Below, piece by piece: positions 48,397 through 59,023 of a stretch of DNA of 62,736 bases (positions are counted from its first letter, which is position 1; each line of letters opens with the position of its first letter). The stretch lies in assembly GCA_041170365.1 (NCBI GenBank), contig JBEAYY010000061.1, positions 1-62,736 of the forward strand, given 5' to 3'. This DNA comes from Actinomycetota bacterium (lineage in GTDB: Bacteria > Actinomycetota > Actinomycetes > S36-B12 > UBA5976). Below the pieces are notes generated by a model. It had not been told where the DNA came from. It was given only the letters and a program-made list of their open reading frames with translations, and searched no databases. Position numbers and translations under genes: made by a program.

Positions 48397-48995
48397 TGCT
48401 TAGTAAAACCAAAGCTAAAAACATTTCAACTGCGATTGCTCATCCTTTTGCTGTTTTATTTATAAAACTAAGAATTTCAGCAGATGTAATTACTTTTATT
48501 GGAACACTTGGGGTTTGTTTAACTTCAGTAATTTATTTTTCACGTGGTCAATTTTTAATTGGGTCTTTACTTTTCACATTTTTTGTCGGATTTGATGCTT
48601 TGGATGGAACCATGGCAAGAATGCTTAACAAAAAATCAAAATGGGGTGCTTTCTTTGATTCAGTGATGGATCGAATTGCAGATGGGGTAGTGCTTGCTTC
48701 AATTAGTTATTACTTCCTTATTCAACAAGAAAATCTTCTTTTTATTGTTAGCTTGGTTGCACTTATCTCAAGTGAAATTGTTTCTTACACCAAAGCAAGA
48801 GCAGAAGGATTAGGTTTAACTTGCGATACAGGCATAGCTGAAAGACCTGAAAGAGTCATAATCATCATTTTTGGAACATTTTTAACTGGACTTGGTCTTT
48901 CAATGGCTATTCAATGGTCAATTTGGATTCTTGCAGTTGTTAGTTTAATAACTGTGCTTCAAAGAATGAATTTTGTCTATAAACAAGTTAAATAA
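48396..48995 (+). CDS. pgsA: CDP-alcohol phosphatidyltransferase, phosphatidylinositol-phosphate synthase type
   Basis: Motif DALDGTMARMLNKKSKWGAFFDSVMDRIAD (D-x2-DG-x2-AR...G-x3-D-x3-D). The ATG at 48396 overlaps the HIT gene stop (TGATG); an alternative TTG lies at 48384. Confidence 0.85.
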   Translation: MLSKTKAKNISTAIAHPFAVLFIKLRISADVITFIGTLGVCLTSVIYFSRGQFLIGSLLFTFFVGFDALDGTMARMLNKKSKWGAFFDSVMDRIADGVVLASISYYFLIQQENLLFIVSLVALISSEIVSYTKARAEGLGLTCDTGIAERPERVIIIIFGTFLTGLGLSMAIQWSIWILAVVSLITVLQRMNFVYKQVK

Positions 48996-49012
48996 AGTAA
49001 TTTGAAAGATTT

Positions 49013-49930
49013 ATGAATCTTATTATTAGTTCTGTTTATGGCTTAGCCTGGTTTTTAGTAAAAAGACTTCCTAACAAAATTACTTTGAACATATTTCGAA
49101 AAATTGCCGATTATTCATACCGCAAAGATATAAAAGGAGTTCAGCAGCTTAGAGCAAATTTAAGTTTTATGCTCAATCTAAATCAAAATTCAATTGAGTT
49201 AGAAAAGGTTGTTCAAGAGGGAATGAGAAGTTATTTAAGGTATTGGCAAGAAGCTTTTCGTTTACCTAAATGGGATAAAAATTATCTAGAAAAAAATATA
49301 AGAGTTAAAGGAATGATTAATTTAAATTCAGCACAAAAGTCAGGTAAACCTCTGGTCACAGCTGTTGCTCATATGGGTAACTGGGATGCAGCCGGATTTT
49401 GGTATACAAATAATTTCGGCCCACTAACTACGGTTGCAGAAAGGCTAAAACCGGAATCTTTATTTAATCGATTTGTTAAGTTCAGAAATTCATTTGGCGT
49501 AGAAATAATTCCCACCTCTGGGGAAACTGACATATTCATGAAGTTAGTAAGAAGAGCAAAAGAAGGTCGCATGATTGCTCTTGTGGCAGATAGAGATATT
49601 TCAAAAAATGGGATAGAAATAAATTATGGTCAAGCAAAAACAACTTTTCCAGTTGGTCCAGCCGCAATTGTTACAACAGTTGATGGACTGATTTTGCCAA
49701 TGTCTTCATATTATGACTTTGATGAGAAATTAACTTTCGAGTTTTTCCCTCCACTTGCACCAAGTAAAGATTTATCAAAAGAACAAAATGTTTTGAATTT
49801 AACGCAAGAATTAGCAAGTGTTTTTGAATCTGAGATTAAGAAGCATCCAAAAGATTGGCACTTACTTCAAAGAGTTTGGAAAGAAGTATTACCTTTAAAA
49901 AGATTAAATAATGATTTAGTTGGAAATTAA
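49013..49930 (+). CDS. patA: Lysophospholipid/LpxL-type acyltransferase, PIM acyltransferase PatA-like
   Basis: 305 aa; HMGNWD (H-x4-D) motif; located between pgsA and pimA. Confidence 0.75.
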   Translation: MNLIISSVYGLAWFLVKRLPNKITLNIFRKIADYSYRKDIKGVQQLRANLSFMLNLNQNSIELEKVVQEGMRSYLRYWQEAFRLPKWDKNYLEKNIRVKGMINLNSAQKSGKPLVTAVAHMGNWDAAGFWYTNNFGPLTTVAERLKPESLFNRFVKFRNSFGVEIIPTSGETDIFMKLVRRAKEGRMIALVADRDISKNGIEINYGQAKTTFPVGPAAIVTTVDGLILPMSSYYDFDEKLTFEFFPPLAPSKDLSKEQNVLNLTQELASVFESEIKKHPKDWHLLQRVWKEVLPLKRLNNDLVGN

Positions 49931-51136
49931 ATGAGAATTGGAATCGTTTGTCCCTATGATTGGTCAGTCCCAGGTGGTGTTAAGCAACACATTCAAGATT
50001 TAACTGAATCACTTTTAGATCTAGGACACTATGTAAATGTTTTAACACCTACAAGTGATGAAGAAAACTTACCTGTATATGCAACAAATGCAGGTAGCAC
50101 AATTGCTCTTCCATATAACGGCTCGATTGCAAGAATTAAATTTGATCCTGCTGCATTTGCAAGAACAAGAAATTGGTTAAGAAATGGCAAATTTGATATT
50201 TTGCATTTGCACGAACCAACAACACCAAGTCCATCAATAATTGCAGCGTGGTCTGCCCGAGGACCAATCGTTGCCACTCATCACACTTCTAATGACAATA
50301 TGTATGCGGTTAAAAATATGCAATTTTTACTTCAACCCATGATGGAAAAAGTAATAGCAAGAATTGCGGTGAGTGAAGAAGCTAAAAGAACTATGGTTGA
50401 TCATTTTGGTGGTGATGCAGTAGTGATTCCAAATGGTGTAAGAGTCAGTAACTTTAACAGCGCACCAAAACTTGAAGATTTTGATAAAGATAAAACTGTA
50501 GTTTTTCTAGGAAGATTGGATGAACCAAGAAAAGGAATAACTGTTCTTATAGAAGCAATGCCTCAAGTCTTTGATCAATTTAGAGACTTACAACTTTTAC
50601 TTGTTGGCCCAGGAGATGAATCAGAAATATTGGAAAAAATTGATAACAAATATCATCACCAAATTAAATTCAAAGGTCTTGTGTCAAGCCAAATGAAAGC
50701 ATCTTGTTATGCATCTGCTGCAGTTTATGTTGCCCCAAATTTGGGGGGTGAATCTTTTGGCATCGTATTGCTGGAAGCAATGGCAAGTAAAACGACAGTA
50801 TTGGCTTCAGATTTACCAGCATTCAAAAGAGTTTTGGGAGATGGTAAGTATGGAAAATTATTTAGAACAAATGATTCAAAAGATTTAGCACAATCACTAA
50901 TTACTCTTTTGAAAGATAAAAAATTGCGAGAAGATTATGTAGAAAAGGGAATTGAGCGCGCTTATCAATTTGATTGGTCTGTCATTGTCAAACAAATTCT
51001 TGACGTTTATGAATCAGTAAAAAGTGTCGAAGGAAGAAATGTTAGGGAAGACTTCAGAGGTCAACTTTATGGCAGATTAACCAAGAGTGGTCGTCTTGAC
51101 CGAAAAAGAGTCAAAGATACTTTTCTGACAGAATAG
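49931..51136 (+). CDS. pimA: GT4 glycosyltransferase, phosphatidylinositol alpha-mannosyltransferase PimA-like
   Basis: 401 aa; MRIGIVCPY...PGGV N-terminus; ESFGIVLLEAMA motif; starts the nucleotide after patA ends. Confidence 0.8.
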   Translation: MRIGIVCPYDWSVPGGVKQHIQDLTESLLDLGHYVNVLTPTSDEENLPVYATNAGSTIALPYNGSIARIKFDPAAFARTRNWLRNGKFDILHLHEPTTPSPSIIAAWSARGPIVATHHTSNDNMYAVKNMQFLLQPMMEKVIARIAVSEEAKRTMVDHFGGDAVVIPNGVRVSNFNSAPKLEDFDKDKTVVFLGRLDEPRKGITVLIEAMPQVFDQFRDLQLLLVGPGDESEILEKIDNKYHHQIKFKGLVSSQMKASCYASAAVYVAPNLGGESFGIVLLEAMASKTTVLASDLPAFKRVLGDGKYGKLFRTNDSKDLAQSLITLLKDKKLREDYVEKGIERAYQFDWSVIVKQILDVYESVKSVEGRNVREDFRGQLYGRLTKSGRLDRKRVKDTFLTE

Positions 51137-51141
51137 AGTTT

Positions 51142-51684
51142 GTGCAGACAAGTTACTGGGTTACCTTAATAATCCTAGTTTTTATCTACGCAATTTATCT
51201 CTCCAACGTAGCTGGACGTTTAGACCGGTTACACCTAAAAGTTGAAAATGCAAGAAATGCGCTAGATCGCCAATTAGCCCTACGAACCTCGATTTGTAAA
51301 GAAATAATTAAATTATCTGAGGTAGATAAACATTTAATAAGACAACTTGAAGATGCTTTAAAAGAATCAATTCAAGAAGAATCTTTAGAAGTACATACAC
51401 TTCAAGAATGGGAAATTGAAACAAAAGTGTCAATTGCTTTAAATAATATTTTTGACGATGAGAAAATTGTAAAAAGCATTGTTGATAAGAAACTTTTGAC
51501 TGAAATTGCTGCAGCAATTCGTAGGGTTTCATACGCACTTACTTTTTATAATGATGCTGCCAAAAGTGCCATTAAAGTAAGAAGGCGATGGACCGTTAGA
51601 TTTTTTCGACTCTTTGGTAGAGCTGCCATGCCTGAAGTAATCAGTTTCCAAGTCCAAATTCCTCGAGGCATTGAACATTTTTAA
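51142..51684 (+). CDS. Hypothetical membrane-anchored helical protein
   Basis: 180 aa; GTG start; single N-terminal TM helix, then a charged helical region weakly reminiscent of LemA; no confident family. Confidence 0.5.
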   Translation: MQTSYWVTLIILVFIYAIYLSNVAGRLDRLHLKVENARNALDRQLALRTSICKEIIKLSEVDKHLIRQLEDALKESIQEESLEVHTLQEWEIETKVSIALNNIFDDEKIVKSIVDKKLLTEIAAAIRRVSYALTFYNDAAKSAIKVRRRWTVRFFRLFGRAAMPEVISFQVQIPRGIEHF

Positions 51685-51749
51685 GCCTTAAATTGTGAAA
51701 AATCTGGCTTCGGTTAGAATTTAGAAAAACCAAATCACAGGAAAAAAAA

Positions 51750-52643
51750 TTGTCACAAAATAACAGTGTTGGAACACCAAGAGTTAAACAAGGCATGGCT
51801 GAAATGCTTAAAGGTGGCGTCATTATGGACGTCATCGATGCAAAGCAAGCAAAGATTGCAGAAGATGCAGGTGCTGTTGCAGTTATGGCATTAGAAAGAG
51901 TTCCAGCAGATATTAGAAAAGATGGCGGAGTTGCTCGAATGAGTGATCCGGACATGATTGATGAAATTATTAATGCAGTTTCAATTCCTGTAATGGCAAA
52001 AGCAAGAATTGGTCACATTGTTGAAGCACAAGTTTTGCAAAGCATCGGTGTTGATTACATTGACGAATCAGAAGTGTTAACACCAGCTGATGAATCAAAT
52101 CACATTGATAAATGGCAATTCACTGTTCCATTTGTTTGCGGTGCAACAAATCTAGGTGAAGCTTTAAGAAGAATTGCAGAAGGTGCAGCAATGATTCGTT
52201 CAAAAGGCGAAGCTGGAACCGGAAACGTAGTTGAAGCAGTAAGACATATGAGAACAATCCGTGGAGATATTGCTAAATTAAAAGGTTTAAGTAAAGAAGA
52301 GCTGTATACGGCTGCAAAAAATTTACAATCTCCTTACGAATTGGTAGCACAAGTTGCTGAACTTGGAAAACTACCTGTTGTTTTATTTACAGCTGGTGGA
52401 ATAGCAACACCTGCAGATGCAGCACTGATGATGCAACTTGGTGCAGATGGAGTATTTGTCGGCTCAGGTATTTTTAAATCTGGAGATCCAGCACAAAGAG
52501 CTAAAGCAATTGTGGATGCGACAACAAATTTTGATAATCCAGATGTTGTAGCAAAAGTTTCTCGTGGATTGGGAGAAGCAATGGTGGGAATTAATATTGA
52601 CACACTCTCTGCTTCTGAAAGGTTTGCCGGACGCGGCTGGTGA
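51750..52643 (+). CDS. pdxS: Pyridoxal 5'-phosphate synthase, lyase subunit
   Basis: 297 aa; TTG start; [30 protein letters not shown] and [14 protein letters not shown] motifs. Confidence 0.95.
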   Translation: MSQNNSVGTPRVKQGMAEMLKGGVIMDVIDAKQAKIAEDAGAVAVMALERVPADIRKDGGVARMSDPDMIDEIINAVSIPVMAKARIGHIVEAQVLQSIGVDYIDESEVLTPADESNHIDKWQFTVPFVCGATNLGEALRRIAEGAAMIRSKGEAGTGNVVEAVRHMRTIRGDIAKLKGLSKEELYTAAKNLQSPYELVAQVAELGKLPVVLFTAGGIATPADAALMMQLGADGVFVGSGIFKSGDPAQRAKAIVDATTNFDNPDVVAKVSRGLGEAMVGINIDTLSASERFAGRGW

Positions 52644-52649
52644 CTTCGT

Positions 52650-53258
52650 TTGTTACGAGTCGGAGTTTTAGCCCTTCAAGGCGACGTTAGAGAACATTTA
52701 AATAGTTTAAGTTCACTCAATGTTGCTGTTCAAAAAGTAAGAACAGTTGAAGAACTAGAAACTGTAAACGCATTAGTAATTCCCGGTGGTGAATCAACCA
52801 CAATTAGCATGCTTGCAAAAAGGGTTGGACTTATGAATCCTTTAAAGCAATTTGTTGAAGATAAAAAAGCGGTCTATGGATCTTGTGCAGGAATGATCAT
52901 GCTTGCGGATGAAATATTAGATGGTAGAAATGATCAAGAAACAATTGGTGGCATTGATATAACTGTGAGAAGAAATGCATTTGGCAGACAAGTCGATTCT
53001 TTTGAAACTGATTTAAAAATCAAAAATTTTGAAAAAGAATTTAGAGCCGTATTTATTAGAGCTCCTTGGGTGGAAAGAATTGGAAGTGAAGTTGAAGTTT
53101 TAGCAACAGTTAAAACCTCTGAAAACATTGAACACCCAGTTATGGTTAGACAAGATAATTTATTAGCCACAGCTTTTCACCCTGAATTAACAACTGATAC
53201 TCGAATACATGAATATTTTGTGCAAATGGCAAAATCAGCTGTAAGTGTTAGAAATTAA
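52650..53258 (+). CDS. pdxT: Pyridoxal 5'-phosphate synthase, glutaminase subunit
   Basis: 202 aa; TTG start; VGVLALQGDV.EH, IPGGESTT, GSCAGMI (catalytic Cys), FHPE. Confidence 0.93.
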   Translation: MLRVGVLALQGDVREHLNSLSSLNVAVQKVRTVEELETVNALVIPGGESTTISMLAKRVGLMNPLKQFVEDKKAVYGSCAGMIMLADEILDGRNDQETIGGIDITVRRNAFGRQVDSFETDLKIKNFEKEFRAVFIRAPWVERIGSEVEVLATVKTSENIEHPVMVRQDNLLATAFHPELTTDTRIHEYFVQMAKSAVSVRN

Positions 53259-53267
53259 GGAAAAATA

Positions 53268-54020
53268 ATGTCTGGGCATAGTAAATGGGCAACGACCAAA
53301 CATAAAAAAGCCATTATTGATTCAAGACGAGCCAAATTATTTGCCAAACTTGTAAAAAAAATTGAAGTAGCTGCACGTCTAGGCGGCCCAGATGTTGATG
53401 GAAATCCAGCTTTATTTGATGCTATTCAAAAAGCAAAAAAGAATTCTGTACCAAATGACAATATTGATAGAGCAGTAAAAAGAGGTGGTGGCCTTGAAGA
53501 AGGCGCTGCTGATTATCAAACGATTATGTATGAGGGATACGGACCAAATGGGGTAGCAGTTTTAATCGAATGCTTAACCGATAATCGAAATAGAGCTGCT
53601 GGAGATGTCAGATTGGTTATGACATCTAATCAAGGAAATATGGCAGATCCTGGTTCTGTGTCCTACATGTTTTCCAGAAAAGGCGTTGTAATAATTCCTA
53701 AAAATAACTCTTTAACAGAAGATGAAATCTTGAACTCAGTCCTTGATGCCGGCGCTGAGGAAGTAAATGACTTGGGCGAAGCTTTTGAAGTAATAAGTGA
53801 GCCAAATGATTTAGTAAAAGTTAGAACTGCATTACAGAATTCAAAAATTGAATATGATTCTGCAGATACCTCATTTGTCCCATCGGTCAGTGTTTCTCTT
53901 GATGCAGAGGCTGCGAAAAAAATATTTACGTTAATTGAAGAATTAGAAGATCTGGATGATGTTCAAACTGTTTGGGCAAATTTTGATGTTTCTGACGAAG
54001 TTATGGCTGAAGTTGGATAA
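53268..54020 (+). CDS. yebC: YebC/PmpR family DNA-binding transcriptional regulator
   Basis: 250 aa; [16 protein letters not shown]-terminus. Confidence 0.93.
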   Translation: MSGHSKWATTKHKKAIIDSRRAKLFAKLVKKIEVAARLGGPDVDGNPALFDAIQKAKKNSVPNDNIDRAVKRGGGLEEGAADYQTIMYEGYGPNGVAVLIECLTDNRNRAAGDVRLVMTSNQGNMADPGSVSYMFSRKGVVIIPKNNSLTEDEILNSVLDAGAEEVNDLGEAFEVISEPNDLVKVRTALQNSKIEYDSADTSFVPSVSVSLDAEAAKKIFTLIEELEDLDDVQTVWANFDVSDEVMAEVG

Positions 54021-54059
54021 AATTAATTAATAAATACTGAAGGGTCCATAACTCAAAAA

Positions 54060-54566
54060 ATGAGAGTTTTAGGTGTTGACCCAGGTTTAACAAGGTGTGG
54101 TTTAGCCATTGTTGATGAATTACCTGGCCGAAAAGTATCGCTTCAAACTGTAATGGTTTTTAGAACAGATGCAGCAAGTGATTTATCTCAAAGATTACTC
54201 GAATTAGATCAAGCATTAGCAAAAGTAATAAAAGAATTTAAGCCAGATTGTGTTGCTGTTGAGCAAGTGTTTAGTCAACATAATTTGAAATCAGTAATGG
54301 GCACTGCTCAGGCTGCAGGACTTGCCATCCTAAATGCAGCAAAATCAGATTGTGAAGTTTTTACTTACACTCCAACCCAGGTAAAAGCATCAGTTACTGG
54401 TTCTGGAAAAGCAGACAAACGTCAAATGGGTCGAATGATTCAAAAAATTTGTAACCTTGCTTCACCTTTATCTCCACCAGATGCTTCAGATGCAGTTGCA
54501 TTGGCTGTGTGTCATTTGTGGAGAAACAGTACAGTGGAGAAAATTAAGAAAAGAAAAGTCTCATGA
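54060..54566 (+). CDS. ruvC: Crossover junction endodeoxyribonuclease RuvC
   Basis: 168 aa; MRVLGVDPGLTRCG and catalytic acidic residues (VEQVF, DASDAVALA). Confidence 0.93.
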   Translation: MRVLGVDPGLTRCGLAIVDELPGRKVSLQTVMVFRTDAASDLSQRLLELDQALAKVIKEFKPDCVAVEQVFSQHNLKSVMGTAQAAGLAILNAAKSDCEVFTYTPTQVKASVTGSGKADKRQMGRMIQKICNLASPLSPPDASDAVALAVCHLWRNSTVEKIKKRKVS

Positions 54567-55138
54567 TTGCATTTGTAAAAGGAACACTGACTGAAATTTC
54601 TGCACTAGGTGCTGTTGTTGAAGTTGGTGGAGTTGGAATGAATTTAGTTACTTCTGCCAATGCCTTGCACGGAAAAAAAGAAGGCGATGAAGTAACAGTT
54701 CCGACAGTTTTAGTTGTTAGAGAAGACAGTTTTACTCTTTATGGTTTTGCAGATCAAAGTGAAAAAGAAATGTTTTTACTATTACAAACTGTTTCAGGAA
54801 TTGGTCCTCGTATGGCATTAAATGCAATCTCGGTAATGGGTGAAGATAAATTAAGTAAAGCTATTTCTAATTCTGATGTTGTTGCTTTGACCACAGTTCC
54901 TGGAATTGGTAAAAAAGGTGCACAAAGATTAATTTTGGAATTATCTGACAAATTAATTTCAAATAATTCAAGTAAATCAAGTACTGTTAAAGACGCATTA
55001 ATATCAGCACTTATGGGACTTGGCTGGAATAAAAAGGATGCATTAAATGCTGCTGATCAAGTTGAAATCCCAGCAAATGAATCTGAACTATCGATTGCTT
55101 TAAGACAAGCTCTTCAAATATTGAGTAAAACTAAATGA
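54563..55138 (+). CDS. ruvA: Holliday junction branch migration complex subunit RuvA
   Basis: 191 aa; ATGA overlap with ruvC; MIAFVKG; helix-hairpin-helix motifs [10 protein letters not shown] and [12 protein letters not shown]. Confidence 0.93.
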   Translation: MIAFVKGTLTEISALGAVVEVGGVGMNLVTSANALHGKKEGDEVTVPTVLVVREDSFTLYGFADQSEKEMFLLLQTVSGIGPRMALNAISVMGEDKLSKAISNSDVVALTTVPGIGKKGAQRLILELSDKLISNNSSKSSTVKDALISALMGLGWNKKDALNAADQVEIPANESELSIALRQALQILSKTK

Positions 55139-56187
55139 GTTCCAATAAAGATTTTGGTTCAGAATTAGGGTTAGAAATAATTAGACTTGACGTAAGCGAT
55201 GAGGATCGTCAAGTTGAAGGTGCTTTAAGGCCTAAAAATTTAGAAGAATTTATAGGTCAACACAGAGTTAGAGAGCAATTAGATTTAATTTTAAGAGCCG
55301 CACAACAGCGTGGCACAACTGCTGATCACGTTTTGCTATCAGGGCCTCCTGGTCTAGGAAAAACTACTTTGGCATCCATTGTGGCGAGTGAACTTGGTGC
55401 ACCTATTCGAGTAACAAGTGGTCCTGCAATTCAACATGCTGGAGATTTAGCAGCAATTTTAAGTTCATTAGCAAATGGTGAAATTTTATTTATTGATGAA
55501 ATTCATCGTTTAGCAAGACCGGCGGAAGAAATGTTGTATTTAGCGATGGAAGATTATCGAGTTGATGTAGTTGTTGGAAAAGGTGTTGGAGCAAATGCAA
55601 TTGGATTAGAGTTACCCGCGTTTACCTTAATTGGTGCAACTACGAGAGCTGGTTTATTACCAAGTCCTTTAAGAGATAGATTTGGTTTCACAGCGCATTT
55701 AGATTTCTACGACTCTAATGATATTGAACAAATAATTAATCGTTCTTCTAATCTTTTAAAAATTGAAATTACTGATGATGCAGCAAATGAGATTGCCCGC
55801 AGATCTCGCGGTACACCTCGAGTGGCAAATAGATTATTAAGAAGAGTCAGAGATTATGCCCAAGTAAATTCCAACGGAAATGTTGACTTAGAAATTGCCA
55901 AAAAAGCATTAAGTTTATTTGAAATTGACGATAATGGTTTAGATCGAGTTGATAGATCGGTTTTGGATGCTTTGGTAAATAAATTTGGTGGTGGTCCAGT
56001 TGGTTTATCTACTTTAGCTGTTGCTGTTGGTGAAGAACCAGAAACCGTTGAAGATATGTCAGAACCATATTTAGTCAGAATCGGTTATATCTCTCGTTCT
56101 CCACGAGGTCGTATTGCTACTGCGATGGCATTTAAATTGTTAGGAAAATCTGTGCCAGCACAACAAATACTGGATATAAGCGAGTAA
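55135..56187 (+). CDS. ruvB: Holliday junction DNA helicase RuvB
   Basis: 350 aa; ATGA overlap with ruvA; Walker [10 protein letters not shown], Walker [23 protein letters not shown]. Confidence 0.95.
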   Translation: MSSNKDFGSELGLEIIRLDVSDEDRQVEGALRPKNLEEFIGQHRVREQLDLILRAAQQRGTTADHVLLSGPPGLGKTTLASIVASELGAPIRVTSGPAIQHAGDLAAILSSLANGEILFIDEIHRLARPAEEMLYLAMEDYRVDVVVGKGVGANAIGLELPAFTLIGATTRAGLLPSPLRDRFGFTAHLDFYDSNDIEQIINRSSNLLKIEITDDAANEIARRSRGTPRVANRLLRRVRDYAQVNSNGNVDLEIAKKALSLFEIDDNGLDRVDRSVLDALVNKFGGGPVGLSTLAVAVGEEPETVEDMSEPYLVRIGYISRSPRGRIATAMAFKLLGKSVPAQQILDISE

Positions 56188-56291
56188 GTCTGACCAGTTT
56201 GGACTTATTTTATAGTCATAGGTAATACTTGAATTAATAAAAATAGACTTCAAAATTTAAATTGAATTGAAATTATAGGAGCCAAGACAAG

Positions 56292-57866
56292 TTGTCTGCC
56301 GCAAATAAATCAAGACCAGGAAGATCTTTATTTTTACTTTTAATAGTTAGTGCTGGATTATTTTTATGGGGATATTGGCCAGGTGCTTCACATGAAGCAA
56401 GACTTGGTTTGGATTTAAGGGGTGGAACTCAAGTAATTCTTACTCCTGAATTAGCACCTGGAAGTCAGGGTACTTTAACTCAAGATCAAATAGATCAATC
56501 AGTTGAAATCATTCGACAAAGAGTTAACGGATTTGGCGTTGCAGAAGCTGAAGTAACTGTGCAGGGAAGTGGCGCAAATGCTGCAATTGTTGTGACAGTT
56601 CCTGGAGTAAATCCCGAAGGAATCACTAATTTGTTAAAGCAAACAGCACGATTAGATTTTCGCGCAGTTTTGGCTGCTGCAAATGGTTTTGAAGTTATTT
56701 CACCTGATGCAAATGCTTCACCTTCTGCATCTGAATCACCAAGTCCTGCACCTGCAGTTGAAAAACCAAAAGAACTTCCAATTCAAGCAGCAACTTCGGA
56801 TGAACTTTATGATCAATATTTAAATTTAAATTGTTTAGATCAAGGTCTTTTACAAGGTGGAAAAGCAGATGATCCAACAAAGTACACATTGACTTGTTCA
56901 AAAGATGGATTTGAAAAATTTGTTTTAGCTCCAGCTTTTATCACTGGAGATCAAGTAAGTGACTCTCAAGCATCTTTGCCTCAACAAGGCGCTGGAGGCT
57001 GGATGGTTCTATTGGATTTTGATTCAACTGGGGCAACAAAATTAACTGAAGCCTCCACTAATTTAAGTAAATTACCTTCGCCACAAAATAGATTTGGAAT
57101 AGTTCTTGATGGACTTGTCGTATCAGCACCTTTCTTTTCTGAACCAATCCTTGGAGGAAAAGCACAAATTGAAGGAAGTTTTAAAGCAGAAGAAGCAAAA
57201 CAGCTTGCACAAGTTTTAAGATATGGAGCTTTACCTGTAACTCTTACTATTGCTGAATCTACTTCTATAAGCCCAACACTTGGACAGGATCAATTAAGTG
57301 CAGGTCTTTTAGCAGGCGCCATTGGTTTGGGCTTTGTTGTTTTGTATTTAATTATTTATTATCGCGCCTTAGGTTTTGTTGCAGTATTTAGCTTAGTTGT
57401 GGCAGCAATCTTTACTTGGGTTTCAATTATTGCTTTAGGAAGAACTATTGGATTTACTTTAACTTTGGCAGGTATTGCTGGTGCAATTGTTGCAATCGGA
57501 ATTACAGCTGACTCATTTGTAGTCTATTTTGAAAGAATCAGAGATGAAATTAGAGATGGAAAATCTTTAAGAGTGGCAACAGAATTGGGTTGGATAAGGG
57601 CTCGAAGAACTTTACTTGCAGCAGATTTCGTTTCACTTCTGGCAGCTATTGTTTTATATGCATTAAGTGTGGGAAGTGTAAGAGGTTTTGCATTTACTTT
57701 AGGATTAACCACGATTATCGACGTAATCGTTGCCTTTTGGTTTACTCATCCTTTAGTTACCTATTTTGGTAAATCTAAATGGGCAGAACAAGGTGGAGTT
57801 TTGACTGGAGTTTCAAAGAAAAGATTAACTGTGGGTAGTCAAATACTTTCAGGTGGTGAAAGATAA
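56292..57866 (+). CDS. secD: Protein translocase subunit SecD
   Basis: 524 aa; TTG start with SD AGGAG; LGLDLRGG, periplasmic domain, then six C-terminal TM helices. Confidence 0.9.
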   Translation: MSAANKSRPGRSLFLLLIVSAGLFLWGYWPGASHEARLGLDLRGGTQVILTPELAPGSQGTLTQDQIDQSVEIIRQRVNGFGVAEAEVTVQGSGANAAIVVTVPGVNPEGITNLLKQTARLDFRAVLAAANGFEVISPDANASPSASESPSPAPAVEKPKELPIQAATSDELYDQYLNLNCLDQGLLQGGKADDPTKYTLTCSKDGFEKFVLAPAFITGDQVSDSQASLPQQGAGGWMVLLDFDSTGATKLTEASTNLSKLPSPQNRFGIVLDGLVVSAPFFSEPILGGKAQIEGSFKAEEAKQLAQVLRYGALPVTLTIAESTSISPTLGQDQLSAGLLAGAIGLGFVVLYLIIYYRALGFVAVFSLVVAAIFTWVSIIALGRTIGFTLTLAGIAGAIVAIGITADSFVVYFERIRDEIRDGKSLRVATELGWIRARRTLLAADFVSLLAAIVLYALSVGSVRGFAFTLGLTTIIDVIVAFWFTHPLVTYFGKSKWAEQGGVLTGVSKKRLTVGSQILSGGER

Positions 57867-58943
57867 ATGAATTTTAGTGCATTAGGAAATCGTCTATATA
57901 CGGGTGAAACTTCTGTTGATTTTGTTGGGAAAAGAAAAATTTGGTATTTAATGTCTTTTCTAATTGTTTTAGTAGCAGTAGTTGGTGTATTTGTCCGAGG
58001 AATAAATTTAGGTATTGAATTTGAAGGCGGGGCCAAATTCACGGTGCCAAGTACTACCAGTGTTGAAAATGCCAGAAATATTGTCAAAGATGCCGGTATT
58101 GAAAGTGCCTTAATAGTTTCGGTTGGAAATGAAAGATTAGAAATACAATCTCCACCATTAGAACAAGAGCAAATTGAAAGTTTTATTGCAAAAATTTCCA
58201 CTGATTTTAAAGTTGATAAATCAACCATCACGACTCAGTCAGTCGGACCTTCTTGGGGAGCAGATATCACCAGACAAGCTCTTATTGGTCTGGGAGTATT
58301 TCTTCTTTTAGTTATTTTGTTTTTGACAATTTATTTTGAAATCAGAATGGCAATGGCTGCAATTGTTGCCTTACTTCATGATTTATTAATAACTATTGGG
58401 GTTTATGCCATAACTGGCTTTGAAGTAACACCAGCAACAGTTATTGGTGTACTTACAATTTTAGGTTATTCACTTTATGACACTGTTGTAGTTTTTGACA
58501 AAGTTAAAGAAAATACCAGAGGAATACTTGCCCAATCCAGATTAAATTATCAGGAAGCAGCAAATTTAGCTTTGAATCAAACTCTTATTCGATCTATCAA
58601 TACTTCGATTGTGGCACTTCTGCCTGTTGCTGCAATTTTGATTGTGGGTGTAGGAATTTTACAAGCAGGAACTTTGAAAGATTTAGCGTTAGCTTTATTT
58701 GTAGGTATTGCTGCAGGAACTTATTCTTCTGTATTTATTGCTACGCCATTTCTTGTGCAGTTAAAAGAAAATCAACCAGAGATTATTTCACTTAAAAATA
58801 GAGTTCATGCCAGAAGAGCAAATGCTGGAATTTCTGGAACCGAAAGTGTGCAAATAAGTGTGAGCACAACTTCAACTACAGTTATGCAAGCTGGTCCAAG
58901 ATCACAACCTAAACGATTTTCTCGTTCGAAAAGAAAGAAATAG
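57867..58943 (+). CDS. secF: Protein translocase subunit SecF
   Basis: 358 aa; starts immediately after secD; G.EF.GG, RSINTS motif. Confidence 0.9.
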   Translation: MNFSALGNRLYTGETSVDFVGKRKIWYLMSFLIVLVAVVGVFVRGINLGIEFEGGAKFTVPSTTSVENARNIVKDAGIESALIVSVGNERLEIQSPPLEQEQIESFIAKISTDFKVDKSTITTQSVGPSWGADITRQALIGLGVFLLLVILFLTIYFEIRMAMAAIVALLHDLLITIGVYAITGFEVTPATVIGVLTILGYSLYDTVVVFDKVKENTRGILAQSRLNYQEAANLALNQTLIRSINTSIVALLPVAAILIVGVGILQAGTLKDLALALFVGIAAGTYSSVFIATPFLVQLKENQPEIISLKNRVHARRANAGISGTESVQISVSTTSTTVMQAGPRSQPKRFSRSKRKK

Positions 58944-59023
58944 TCACTCTTAATTCGTGTAATCAAGTAATCTTGATAAACTAAAGAGCCAACAGTTGAA
59001 GTTTTTTCTGGGAGGCGTCTTTC

